From the NCBI GenBank assembly GCA_041690295.1, contig JAWLHR010000006.1:32001-96000 (forward strand): a stretch of 64,000 nt of DNA. The letters are read 5' to 3'. The notes under the pieces are model-generated. The model worked only from the letters and a program-made list of their open reading frames with translations, was not told the origin of the DNA and did no database searches. The DNA comes from Bdellovibrionales bacterium. GTDB taxonomy: Bacteria > Bdellovibrionota > Bdellovibrionia > Bdellovibrionales > UBA1609. The position numbers and the translations under genes were made by a program. How positions within the stretch are numbered: position 1 is the first letter of the stretch; each line of letters begins with the position of its first letter. This document shows positions 41,871-51,900 of the stretch, piece after piece.

Positions 41871-41971
41871 ATAATATTTGTAACAAATTCCGCATTGCGG
41901 AACAAGGTTCCGTAATGTAAGTGATTTGATTTGAAATCGTCAATTCTGGAATTTTTCTAAAGGTGTCGAAC

Positions 41972-42367
41972 ATGTCAACAGAACTTTCCGACGGCGAGCT
42001 TTACGGCCAGAAAGCGATTCGCGAAAACAAATTGGAACGTTTCGAAAATCGCACACTGGTCCGTCGTTACACCGTAGAGTTCACGTGCCCCGAATTCACC
42101 TGTCTTTGCCCGCGCTCGGGATTTCCGGACTTTGCCACGATTCGTATCAAATATGTCCCACACAAATGGTGCGTTGAACTAAAAAGTCTCAAACTTTACA
42201 TCAACGGTTTTCGAGACAAAAAAATCTTTCACGAAGATGTGACCAATCAGATTTTGCAGGATCTTGTCGAACTTTTAGACCCCTGGGAAATTGAAGTGGT
42301 CGGCGATTTTAATGTTCGCGGAAACATCAAAACCGTAATCACTTCGAAACACTCCAAAGCACTTTGA
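41972..42367 (+). CDS. queF: preQ0 reductase QueF (unimodular)
   Basis: PEFTCLCP.SG.PDF, VELKSLKLY, HE, F.VRG.I. Confidence 0.93.
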   Translation: MSTELSDGELYGQKAIRENKLERFENRTLVRRYTVEFTCPEFTCLCPRSGFPDFATIRIKYVPHKWCVELKSLKLYINGFRDKKIFHEDVTNQILQDLVELLDPWEIEVVGDFNVRGNIKTVITSKHSKAL

Positions 42368-42377
42368 AGGACAAAAT

Positions 42378-42406
42378 AAAACGGACCAAATACATTGGTC
42401 CGTTTT
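42378..42406. terminator. Symmetric terminator-like hairpin after queF
   Basis: AAAACGGACCAA-ATACA-TTGGTCCGTTTT. Confidence 0.8.
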
Positions 42407-42432
42407 GGCCACAGGAGCCGCCTATGGCGGGC

Positions 42433-42541
42433 TGCAGCTTGTTGGGGATGGCAAGGCCCAGGTACACCCGGTGACTGTTTTAGAGGGGATCACCGGGCTT
42501 CAGTGATGAGGGGTCCACAAACCATGCCGTTTCAGGCTGCA
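42433..42541. ncRNA. Candidate rod-shaped structured RNA, family not recognised
   Basis: Nested pairings TGCAGCTTG/CAGGCTGCA, GGATGGCA/TGCCGTTT, CCCGGTGA/TCACCGGG. Confidence 0.4.
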
Positions 42542-42638
42542 ATTGGTTGAATGAAAGTCGGTCCAACGAGTCAGCTTTGCACCGTTGTCGACAAATCCGA
42601 CGATTATTGCTTAAATCGAATCACAGAAATGGAGTTCA

Positions 42639-43154
42639 ATGGGTCGACAAAATTCAAATCAACAAACTAGAAAAAATCTTCTTTTCCAAAAAGTCGCTAT
42701 TTTCGTGGATGCTGAAAACATCGAAATGTCGAGTTTGAAGCATCACGAAGGCCGCACGGATTACAAAAAGATTCTTGATCGGGTCGGGGACCGCGAAATC
42801 ATCCGTATCTTGTATTACAAACCGGTATTCAAAGAGATTTCCAACGAGTTTGAAACCTTTTGGTCGAGCTTGGGTGGCGAGATCCGCCGACCCTCGAAAA
42901 ACGCCGACACGTTTTTGGTGATCGATGCGGTGACCATGGCTGACAAGATCGACGTCGCCATCATTCTTGGCGGCGATAAAGACTTTTTGCCGCTGATCTG
43001 GTACCTGCGCTCGCGCGGTTGCCGGGTGGAAATCTGGTCATGGCCCGAGACGACCTCTCCGGAAATGAAAGAAGCGGCCGATCTTTACCAACCGCTCACC
43101 GAAGATTTCGTTTTGAAATTGCAATCACCGCGCGGGCGGCGGCGCTCAAATTAA
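42639..43154 (+). CDS. NYN (LabA/DUF88, PIN-like) domain ribonuclease
   Basis: IFVDAEN, KNAD...ID, GDKDF.P, G..V, ..AD motifs; acidic catalytic residues intact. Confidence 0.9.
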   Translation: MGRQNSNQQTRKNLLFQKVAIFVDAENIEMSSLKHHEGRTDYKKILDRVGDREIIRILYYKPVFKEISNEFETFWSSLGGEIRRPSKNADTFLVIDAVTMADKIDVAIILGGDKDFLPLIWYLRSRGCRVEIWSWPETTSPEMKEAADLYQPLTEDFVLKLQSPRGRRRSN

Positions 43155-43555
43155 AATGAGCTTTGGCATTCAGCCGGTTTGGGTTCGCCGTCACTCAATC
43201 CCTGGGTGAAATCAAACAGCACTTCCGAGGATTCCGAAGCTTTAAAGAAAGCGCGGCGGGAGTTGAGATCGAAATAGACATTGGCTTTCTTGATTTTCCC
43301 GTTTTCATCCACGACGACAGTGGACTCCGGATCATTTGGATTCACGTAAACCGGGATTGGGGGAAAGGCGAAGTCGTTGATCGTAAACTGCAGTGACCCT
43401 TCCGGGATGCGGTCATCAAGCTCTTCGGAATCTATGCGAAAGCTGGCCAAAACGTTACGATTGCGGCCATCCGTAAAACGGCAGTGGAGAGCCAGTTCCT
43501 GAGCCTGGGCTACGGCGCCCATGAGTACGAAAAAGAGCAAGGCTGAACGTTTCAC
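43151..43555 (-). CDS. Hypothetical secreted protein
   Basis: Signal peptide (AQA), one Cys near each end. Confidence 0.65.
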   Translation of the reverse strand: MKRSALLFFVLMGAVAQAQELALHCRFTDGRNRNVLASFRIDSEELDDRIPEGSLQFTINDFAFPPIPVYVNPNDPESTVVVDENGKIKKANVYFDLNSRRAFFKASESSEVLFDFTQGLSDGEPKPAECQSSF

Positions 43556-43598
43556 ATGGTGTTTGTACCTGAAAAAATGATGCGGTGCAATAAAAAAT

Positions 43599-45122
43599 TT
43601 ACGGAATCACCCATTCCATGGCGGGCATGGGGCGATGAACGGGGTACGCAAGGGCTCTGGAGTTAAGTTTTCTCATGAAACTATCGACCCAGGCATGAAA
43701 GCTCGATTGGCTGGCCAGGGTACGTTGAGTGAGGGCTTGGCGGCCGGCCCTGGCCACGTCGGCCCCCGTGGAGCCCACCCAGGGAAGGGTGTCGGCGGAA
43801 TAGGCCATTAGACCTTTGATTTTTTCAGCGCCCACCCGGTAGGCATCGGCGAATTCGCCATTATGAAAGAAGGCTTTGGCCAGGACGCCTATGACGGCCG
43901 CATTTCCCGCGTGTTGGGTGACTCGTTCGGCGCGGACGAAAAATTCCCTCCAAGCTAACTTGGCGAGGAGTTCCTTTTCGAAATTCAGATCCGCTGGAAC
44001 TCGTTCGAGGCTTTCGATCTGCCGGGCAAGGGTGTAATAGTGATGGGCTCTGTACATTTCGTAGGCCATGCTGCCCAGCTCATAGCTCACGCCCGCGGCG
44101 ACGGCCATTCCGGTGGGTATCAAAATTTTTCGTTTCAGATAGTGTCCGGCAATGGTTCCCATGGAGCCGGCGACGGCTCCCATTTGCGCCGTGTTTTTAA
44201 TGCTGTCGGCAACTTTTGAGTAGGCCTCCTGCCGAACCAATTCGCAGCGCCAGGGGGTGCCATGCTCCAGACTGCGGAAGTAGGAAATGGGCAGCGTGTT
44301 GGTCATCGGCTCCAAAAAGGCGCCCGCACCACCCGCGCCTAAACCGCCAAGAATAAAGCCCGCGCTGACTTCACCGCCGAGAACCGCCAGACCGGCCTTC
44401 GCCGCGAGTTTTCCACCCCAATACACGGTGGCGGGCCCTCCGAACGTGGTCCCAACCGCCAGCCCGAAGCCGACGATACTGAGGGCCGCTTGTTTGGATA
44501 AGCTTAAGTAAAACCGGCGATTGTCATTGGCTCTGGCCGCATTGTCCGTCTGAACTTCGAGAACCATTCGCGTGAGGGTGGTGACCAGGAGGGATGAGGC
44601 GGGGATATCCGTGACCAGTTTCGTGTGAGCCCGTTCGAGTCGATCAAGATCAACCGGACGTTGATTGTACATCGCCTCGGTCAGCAGGAAATCGTAAGCG
44701 CGATAACTGGGGTGATGCAGGTTCGCCGTGCGAGTGACATGGAAACGGAGTCGCTTTTCCGCGATCACGAACTGCAGGCGGGAGAGGACTTTCATTGAGC
44801 GTTCGCCGATATTCATGGACTTGATCCCGTCCGCCAATGACTTTTCGAACTCCTCTTCGGTGGCCGTGCGGGAGCTGAAATAGGGCATCAAGATTTTGTT
44901 CAGGTGATTGTTGAAGCTCACGACGTAGGATACTTCTTCAAAGGTGAGCGCGCTTTGGGCCAATTTCACGCACTGTCTGTAATCTTGTTCAATTTTCGCG
45001 AGGTCTTGGCCTGTGGCGGTGGCACTTGAAAAAACCACAGCGGCGAGGACGATTTTTGTCATCCATCGACAGACGCCATTCCATTGGCGATCGCTTTTAA
45101 TTGGCTTCCTTGCCATCATCAT
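43599..45122 (-). CDS. Hypothetical secreted/membrane protein with Gly/Ala-rich helices
   Basis: 507-aa ORF, AGGAG RBS, signal-like N-terminus, hydrophobic glycine-rich central region. Confidence 0.7.
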   Translation of the reverse strand: MMMARKPIKSDRQWNGVCRWMTKIVLAAVVFSSATATGQDLAKIEQDYRQCVKLAQSALTFEEVSYVVSFNNHLNKILMPYFSSRTATEEEFEKSLADGIKSMNIGERSMKVLSRLQFVIAEKRLRFHVTRTANLHHPSYRAYDFLLTEAMYNQRPVDLDRLERAHTKLVTDIPASSLLVTTLTRMVLEVQTDNAARANDNRRFYLSLSKQAALSIVGFGLAVGTTFGGPATVYWGGKLAAKAGLAVLGGEVSAGFILGGLGAGGAGAFLEPMTNTLPISYFRSLEHGTPWRCELVRQEAYSKVADSIKNTAQMGAVAGSMGTIAGHYLKRKILIPTGMAVAAGVSYELGSMAYEMYRAHHYYTLARQIESLERVPADLNFEKELLAKLAWREFFVRAERVTQHAGNAAVIGVLAKAFFHNGEFADAYRVGAEKIKGLMAYSADTLPWVGSTGADVARAGRQALTQRTLASQSSFHAWVDSFMRKLNSRALAYPVHRPMPAMEWVIP

Positions 45123-45305
45123 CGCTCCTAGGCGGATCTACTCCAATCCCTATGCCACGGGCCGCCCGCCGGCTAGCGATGTAAAAAACGGATTATGTTT
45201 GTAAAATTGGATGGTTTTTGAGCGCGAATGGGAAATCGATAAATATCGCTACCTAGCAGGAATACTAAGCTTTATCACTGGCGAGACAAGTTGAAAGTGG
45301 AGAGC

Positions 45306-45382
45306 TGGCGCGCCCGGAAGGATTCGAACCTCCGACACCCTGGTTCGAAGCCAGGTACTCTATCCAACTGAGCTACGGGCGC
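45306..45382 (-). tRNA. tRNA-Arg (anticodon UCG)
   Basis: 77-nt cloverleaf GCGCCCG...CCTGG-CTTCGAA-CCAGG...GGTTCGAATCC...CGGGCGC-GCCA with encoded CCA. Confidence 0.97.
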
Positions 45383-45458
45383 CAATTTGAGGATTGGCAA
45401 TCCATAGCATTCCGTAAAGCGGTGAGCAACGATGAATGAGCCGTGGCGTCGCCCAGGC

Positions 45459-46097
45459 CTAATAGGAGCCTAGCGCGATCGGGAAGGAGACGCTGAAAAG
45501 CCAGGTTTTATTGATCAAGTCGGCGCTATGAAAATCGGTGTTCGTCGCGAACGGTCCGATTTGCTCCACCGTTGTGGTTCCGTATTTGATCTCCTGGTAT
45601 TCCACATTCACACTGACCATTTCGATGTGAAATCCCGCGCCCAGCCGCCATCCGTTTCCGTTTTTAAATTTGGCGTTGAAGTTTCCGCTGGCCTTGGGGT
45701 CCAACTCGGCGTTGGGCAGATAACTTCCCCAAACTCTGAGTCCTGCGACCGGCATCTGTGCGCCGACGAAAGGGCCCCAGTTCCAGGATTCGGAATCGGA
45801 TTTATAGTTCACCGAAGAATCCGTGAACTTGGTGAACGCATACCTGAGATCCACGCCGGCGAAAAAGATCTCACTGATGTGGATTCCGCCGCGCAGTCCA
45901 AGTCCGATTCCATCCGAGCTACCGGTGGAATTCTGTAACGGCGAGGGCCAGGTGATTTTCGTGTCGCCGATTTCATAGGAAATGGCCGGCTCGATGAAAA
46001 ATCCTCCCGGCGAAATATCCCTTGATGAAAGTTGCGCATTAGCCAATCCACCGCTCAAAACGAGCGGTAATAAAAACAGCCATGATTTTCGAAGCAT
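45459..46097 (-). CDS. Outer-membrane beta-barrel protein
   Basis: GAGGAGG RBS, signal peptide, alternating amphipathic strands, SVSFP near the C-terminus. Confidence 0.8.
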   Translation of the reverse strand: MLRKSWLFLLPLVLSGGLANAQLSSRDISPGGFFIEPAISYEIGDTKITWPSPLQNSTGSSDGIGLGLRGGIHISEIFFAGVDLRYAFTKFTDSSVNYKSDSESWNWGPFVGAQMPVAGLRVWGSYLPNAELDPKASGNFNAKFKNGNGWRLGAGFHIEMVSVNVEYQEIKYGTTTVEQIGPFATNTDFHSADLINKTWLFSVSFPIALGSY

Positions 46098-46275
46098 CTT
46101 CGGCCTCCTCAGTTCAACCGCAAACGTAGCCAATGATTGCAACGCCGGGACCAGGCCAGGTGGGGCGGAAGCCTCGAATTTCCCTGAAATTCGGGGCATT
46201 TTCGTACCGTATCGTGGCGGAAATTGGGCATGAATTCGTCCGACCATGGAATAAAGATTGCTCGTCACGCAGGTA

Positions 46276-46692
46276 ATGAAGTTGTTCAAATTCCTGCTGA
46301 TCGTGTTTCTTACGAAATGGTTGGCCGACATTGCATTGAGGGCCGCGGACAGTCCGCAGGTGGAATCTTCGGTCGTTCACCTTACAAAATTATTCATCAA
46401 GCGCACGCTCCTCGCGTTTTCCGGAGCGGTCTTCACGGTGACGGGATTCATACTTGCCATTCTCTCGGCCGCGGAAAGTCTGGACGAGGGACGGGAGATA
46501 TTCAGTTATCGGACTTGGTTTTCGCTGGCGATCTTCGCCGTTGGGCTGGTGATCATTCTTTACTCCATGTATCAGCGCACGCGACCCCGACAGGTGCAGC
46601 ACAACTTTTGGCAGGAACTGATTCATGGAGTGAGTTCCTTTTTAGGCCAAGGTCATGCGACTCGACCACGAACGGTCGACGTCGCCCGCTGA
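46276..46692 (+). CDS. Hypothetical membrane protein
   Basis: Two to three hydrophobic helices; AGG RBS before ATG 46276. Confidence 0.6.
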   Translation: MKLFKFLLIVFLTKWLADIALRAADSPQVESSVVHLTKLFIKRTLLAFSGAVFTVTGFILAILSAAESLDEGREIFSYRTWFSLAIFAVGLVIILYSMYQRTRPRQVQHNFWQELIHGVSSFLGQGHATRPRTVDVAR

Positions 46693-46710
46693 AACCCTTA
46701 AAATGATCAT

Positions 46711-47274
46711 GTGAGAATAGCGGCGGTATTTTTGGCGATCTTTTGCGCGTCTGAAGCTCGGGCGGTCAAACCTGTATTTGATCTCAATTTGTTTTATCTT
46801 ACGGACTCGCTCGGCTACGATGGAACCGAAAGCCAATACCAGCGAACTTTTTATGACGTTATGGCGGGCTTCCCGTTGACCAAAAAGCGCCGTTTGATTT
46901 TGGGATGGAATTACGCTTCGCTCACCTATAGCGACAACCCCGGCACTGAAACCAGCCTTAAGATCACCGACATGGGACCCAAGCTGCTTTATTATCTGAA
47001 CAAAGATCGCACGTGGGTCGTCGGCATGATCTACAATCTGATCACCAAAGCCGATTACACCGCGGCCGACACGACCGAATTGCGCGGTTCAAGTATGAGA
47101 TTTGAATTCGGGTACACGCCCATGATGTGGGAGAACGTCTTTATCGGCGCCAAGCTCGTTTACTACAAAGCCAGTTTCGTCGAGGAAATCACCAATCAAA
47201 CCAATCTGGCTCAGGTCACTCACTCGAGGACCACGATTTACCCGTCGTTCACCATGACATTTCGTTGGGAATAG
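46711..47274 (+). CDS. Small outer-membrane beta-barrel-like protein
   Basis: Signal peptide (ARA), aromatic amphipathic strands, terminal FTMTFRWE. Confidence 0.72.
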   Translation: MRIAAVFLAIFCASEARAVKPVFDLNLFYLTDSLGYDGTESQYQRTFYDVMAGFPLTKKRRLILGWNYASLTYSDNPGTETSLKITDMGPKLLYYLNKDRTWVVGMIYNLITKADYTAADTTELRGSSMRFEFGYTPMMWENVFIGAKLVYYKASFVEEITNQTNLAQVTHSRTTIYPSFTMTFRWE

Positions 47275-47276
47275 AG

Positions 47277-47810
47277 TTAAGGCGCGCAACCCGCTGGAGG
47301 CTGTGCGCGAATCTCATTGAGAAGCGATCGAAATGTTTGATCCGCGCCGCCACAAAGATAAACACCATTATGGCAAACCACGGGACGTAACTCGATCGTG
47401 GAAGCGCCCGAGATGAGTTGAATATCCGGAATACCGATGGCCATGCACGCCACCGCCCCAGGGGGCAGCGCAGGCTCACAAATGGCGCTGGTCGCGAGAA
47501 GCGATCTGATTTGCTCCAATCGAGTGGCATCGAGAACGCAGCTTTTCGCGCCGACCTGTAGCGCGCCCGACTTTAATTCAAGCTCCAGGCCGTTTGATGG
47601 CGGTGTCACTTGATTCTGGATATAGAGCAACCGTTCCGTGGCTCCCGCATGCCCGATCACCTTTTCATCAACTGAGGGGGCCTGGTGGCCGCCAGAATCC
47701 GATCCTGGCGCTTTCAGCGTGTTCCCACAATTTTGAAATCCGGCGATCAAGGTCAAGATACCAAGGATAAGTCCCGCGCGGATCATTATGAAACGGGTAA
47801 GGGTTTTCAT
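47277..47810 (-). CDS. Putative lipoprotein (FQNC motif), Cys-rich
   Basis: Hydrophobic stretch ending AGFQNC; six further Cys. Start uncertain. Confidence 0.72.
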   Translation of the reverse strand: MKTLTRFIMIRAGLILGILTLIAGFQNCGNTLKAPGSDSGGHQAPSVDEKVIGHAGATERLLYIQNQVTPPSNGLELELKSGALQVGAKSCVLDATRLEQIRSLLATSAICEPALPPGAVACMAIGIPDIQLISGASTIELRPVVCHNGVYLCGGADQTFRSLLNEIRAQPPAGCAP

Positions 47811-47824
47811 CAAACAGTGAGAGA

Positions 47825-47840
47825 AGCAACACCGGGGCCA
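47825..47840 (-). promoter_or_regulatory. Possible sigma54 -24/-12 promoter
   Basis: Minus strand TGGCCC-CGGTG-TTGCT (GG-N10-GC). Confidence 0.5.
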
Positions 47841-48248
47841 GTGTCTAACAAATTATAGACGATGTGGCTGGCTGCGGTCTGACCACTGTGCAGATAATGA
47901 ACAGTGAGGGCCCGGGCGATCCCGCTTTTCGTGTGTTACTCACGAAAAAACACCGGCAAACTGTTTCATTTTTAAAATTATTCCCAAATTGAAATAGTTT
48001 AGCGAGACTGATGCCATGCGATTGAATGACCAATCTCTTTTCGACTGTATCGGTTTCATCTAGAGGCATGGATCAAAAAGATCTATTGATGATCCGGATT
48101 CAAATTTGTTTGGATTTGAGGCTGGTCCACATCTTGAAGAGATCGAAAGGCAAGCAGGGCACGCGGTCATCCTCGTCACCTCACGTCACGACCTTGAGGC
48201 GCCTTGACAAAACAACTAAACAAAAATGGTCAAATAGGGGAGAAGTGT

Positions 48249-48872
48249 ATGAACGCCTGTTTTAGTACGGTATTTTCTTTTGCCACCGCAATTTTCGTGA
48301 TGAGTGCCATGGCTCCAGCGGCTCACGCGAAGCTGAACCTCAAGGATGCGCTCAATAAAGTCAAAGAAAAGATCGAAGAAAAGAAAGACAAGATCAAAGA
48401 AAAGAAAGAACAGATCAAAGAAAAGAAAGAACAGATCAAAGAAAAGAAGTGTGAAATCATCGGCGATCAACTCGACAAATACGTGAGCGTCGTGTCTAAA
48501 ATCAAACCTCTGGCCGGAAGCAAAATTGTGCAGCACCTGATCAATGAAGCCCAAGACAAGTATGAAGAGATTTGTCCTTCCGAAGAGGGTCCGTGGGACA
48601 ACCATTATTCTGAAGCAACCGTGTACGAGTGCCTTGTGGTGGATCCGTCGGGTAATGTCGCCGTTGGATTGGGCCTTGATCAAAATCTGAATTTCGTCAA
48701 CACACAGGAGCGCTTTAAAACGGCCTGCATGAGACCCGAAGCCTGCTTTAACTTGGTTTCCCAGGCGTTCACCTTCGTGACCTTCTTCGCCTCCGAGCGC
48801 TGCGTGGATCCGAATTCGGAAGAAACGCTTCATCTGACCGATGAAGAGGTTGCCGCACGAATCGGACAGTAA
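48249..48872 (+). CDS. Hypothetical secreted protein with KEKKEQI heptad repeats
   Basis: GGGGAG RBS, signal peptide (AHA), 21-nt tandem repeats at ~48370-48450, six Cys in the mature part. Confidence 0.72.
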   Translation: MNACFSTVFSFATAIFVMSAMAPAAHAKLNLKDALNKVKEKIEEKKDKIKEKKEQIKEKKEQIKEKKCEIIGDQLDKYVSVVSKIKPLAGSKIVQHLINEAQDKYEEICPSEEGPWDNHYSEATVYECLVVDPSGNVAVGLGLDQNLNFVNTQERFKTACMRPEACFNLVSQAFTFVTFFASERCVDPNSEETLHLTDEEVAARIGQ

Positions 48873-48900
48873 CCTTTACCAGCTAAATGACCAAAGCATC

Positions 48901-48929
48901 AAAAGCCCGCGCGAAAAACGCGGGCTTTT
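48901..48929. terminator. Bidirectional terminator
   Basis: AAAAGCCCGCG-CGAAAAA-CGCGGGCTTTT between convergent genes. Confidence 0.85.
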
Positions 48930-48951
48930 CATTTTTGACCGGCCCCTTCAA

Positions 48952-51900
48952 TTAAGGGTCAAAAGAAATGATATACCATCCGGCAGGGCTTCCGCTGTAG
49001 GCGTCGTTGCCGTTCAAATACACCAGCTCGACGTGAAAGCCATTACTTGCGTCCGAAGCAATACTCCCACCGCCGCCGACGAAAGCGGTGTGAATCGGTG
49101 AATTTGGGCTGCATGGAGAGCCGTTAATGAGCGTTGTCGAGGCGGCCATTGACCGCAGGATTTTCAGCGATTGGCCACGGGACCCGGGTTGAATACACTC
49201 GACAGTGATAGATCCGCTCATCGCATTCAAAATGAGCAAAGCGTTTTTATTATGATTGAGCGGATTGCCGCCGTTGAACGTAATACCGCTCGACGTCACG
49301 ATGGTCACTCCGTTGACGTTGGGGGCTGAAATTGGCTCGCTGAATCCAGCCAGTCCAGTGACGTTGATTCGTCCGTCTTCGTTGATCGACATGCGCTCAA
49401 TTCCGTCGGTACTGACAGAAAAGTACTTGGGGTCAGCGGCCGTTGAACCGGTGAGTTTGATTTCCGCGCCACCACCGTAGTTGTTTTCGGGGTCGGCGGA
49501 AATAATCATTTCCTCATTTTGGGTTCGTCCCGAGATGACTCCGTTTTGGGAAATTGTGACCATATTGTGCCACTGGCTGTCGACACCGACTTCGAAAAGG
49601 TGCTCTTGCTTATTGTACCTGAGGGCGGCCATCTCTGCAGAAGGTCGGTTGGCCGTCGAGTCCGCGGGGATGATCATGAGACTATTCGTGCCTGTTCCAT
49701 GAACAGTGAGCGCGGCACTTAATGGCGGACCACCGATACCTATTCGACCGCCGGAGGTCACGACAACTTCAGAGTCACCGTCGCCACCCGCATCGAGTTC
49801 CATCGTTTCATCACTTCTCGTGATCCACTCTGATTTGGCCGATCCCGTGGTTTGCCGGAAAATGGATTTGGATGAACCGCCCTGGGCGATGAGAACCGGG
49901 GCGTTATTAATGGGACGGTGAACATGAAGGGCGGCATCGCCGATTGTTGTCACGTTGATTCCGACTTTTCCGTTCGCCACACGTAAAGTTTCCGCGCCGC
50001 CCGCCGCAACGGCGATTTGGTCCGAGGCGGGGAAAAATAATCCTGTGTTGGTGTCTCCAGCGTTCGAATAGACGGGCGCTGAGGAGGAGCCGGAAGAAGC
50101 AAGAAATTGCCCGTCCGTATGAATAGGTCCAGCCACATGTAATGGGAAATTTGGAGCGGTGGTGCCGATACCCAAGTGGGACAGCGAGTTGTCCCAGAAG
50201 AAGTCTATATTGGAATTCAAATTTCCAAAACCGTCACTGAATTGCACTTCACCGGCGGTTCCGACGCTGGTGGAACCTTGATTGTCGGCGGCGCAGATCC
50301 ACTGAGAGCCATCCCACTTCATGGCATAACCCGCATTGGAACATGTTACTCCCGCCGTCAAAGCTCCTGAACCGTCAGTCACCAAAATCGCGTTGTTGGA
50401 AAATGAATTTCGACCGGTGCCACCGCGATTCACGCCCAAAGTTCCAGAGGCGATCTTGGCGGCGTCCAGATCCGGAATGTCGTCTTCCGCCAAGGCACGG
50501 AAATCCGGCGTTCCCGAACTGCCCGAAGGCGGGCCCGCGAACACAAGGTTCGCGCCTTGATTTTTTAAAGTGATATCGAAAGAACCCGCTGTGGTGACCG
50601 GACCACCGCTCACAGAGAGGAACGAGGGCACCGTCATATCGACGACGGTGACGGTTCCATGAGAGGTGCCGACCGTTTGCCAGCTGGTGCCGTCATGATA
50701 TTTCAACTTGTTTCCATCTCCGGAATCAAACATCAAGTCGCCCGCTCCCGCCGTGCCAGGGAGCGCTGTCGGTGAAATGCGAGCCACACCGTTAACATGT
50801 AAGAGACGGGCGGGTGCTGAGGTGCCGATTCCCACCAGTCCGGAGTTATCGATCCGTAGGCCTTCGTTGCCGCCATCGTTGCTGAGCCAATTTCCATTCA
50901 GTTTGATATTTTCGGTGGCGGTGTGATCGCCCAGATTATCAGCCGTACTGCCGGCCAATGTGCGGCTGAAGATCGTGCCGTCGGATTTCATGGCCTTAAG
51001 CTCGAACTCGTCATTGGTTTCATCCAGCCAAATACTGTACTGACCCGGGGTAAAATCCGCATCCGCCGGTGCCGTGTCCGGGGCTTTGAACCGGACATGA
51101 CCGCCGGCCGAAAGATCGCCGACGATCGCATCTCCGATATTGAGGTAGCTGTCCGAGGAAATCGTGGGCGTGGTTATGTCGGTTCCAATAATAATGTTGC
51201 CAGCGCCGTTTTCTAAATTGCTTCCAGCTCTGTAACCTATGAAAATATTCTGGTCGGCACTTTGGACACTTTGTCCGGCTTGGGCTCCTATAATTACGTT
51301 TTGATTTTGTATGCTGGACATACTTCCAGCGCCTGCATTGGTTCCGATCGCCACGTTTGAGTTTCCAGAAGTGTGCCAGTGGAGTGCCGAAGATCCGATC
51401 GCAGTGTTGTTTCCACCGGTCGAGTTCACGAGAACGTTCGCTCCAATCGCGGTATTGTTCGCACTGTTCGTGTTGGAATTCAACGCGCTAAAGCCAATGG
51501 CCGTATTACCGCTACCCGTGATGGAATTCATTAGGGCACTAATGCCTAACGCGGTATTTGAGGATCCAGTCCCGGACGTTCCTGAGTTTGTTCCGATGTA
51601 AATCGATCCACTCCCAGGCGATCGCGCATCGATGAGTTCATCGACGCTCGTTGCACCCGTGCTGCCGACCATATTGGTCCATGTACCGTTCTCAAAAACT
51701 TCGAACTTCGCCAATGAGATGTTGTAACGAATCATACCGTCGACGGGCGAGGTTGGACGGTTGGCCGTCGAAGCCCGGGGGACGATCAGTGAGCTTGTGC
51801 TTTGTGTTTCGCCCCACAGGTCCAAAATCGCGCCGTTGGTTACGGTGTTCGTACCAAGACCCAAGCGACCGGTGCTGTCGAGTTGAGGAATCTGATTTGC

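Noticed and set aside
41880..41970. preQ1 riboswitch upstream of queF
   Set aside because: No AGAGGUUC stem-loop or 3' AAAAAACUAA-type tail.
42497..42560. Hammerhead ribozyme (GUGAUGAG ... GAAA)
   Set aside because: Core reads GUGAUGA rather than CUGAUGA, and the three-stem junction cannot be formed convincingly.
43151..45305. Integrative island at tRNA-Arg
   Set aside because: No integrase and no duplicated tRNA 3' end seen.
47926..47948. TTTTCGTG-N7-CACGAAAA palindrome
   Set aside because: Single occurrence with no identifiable cognate factor; cannot tell operator from chance.
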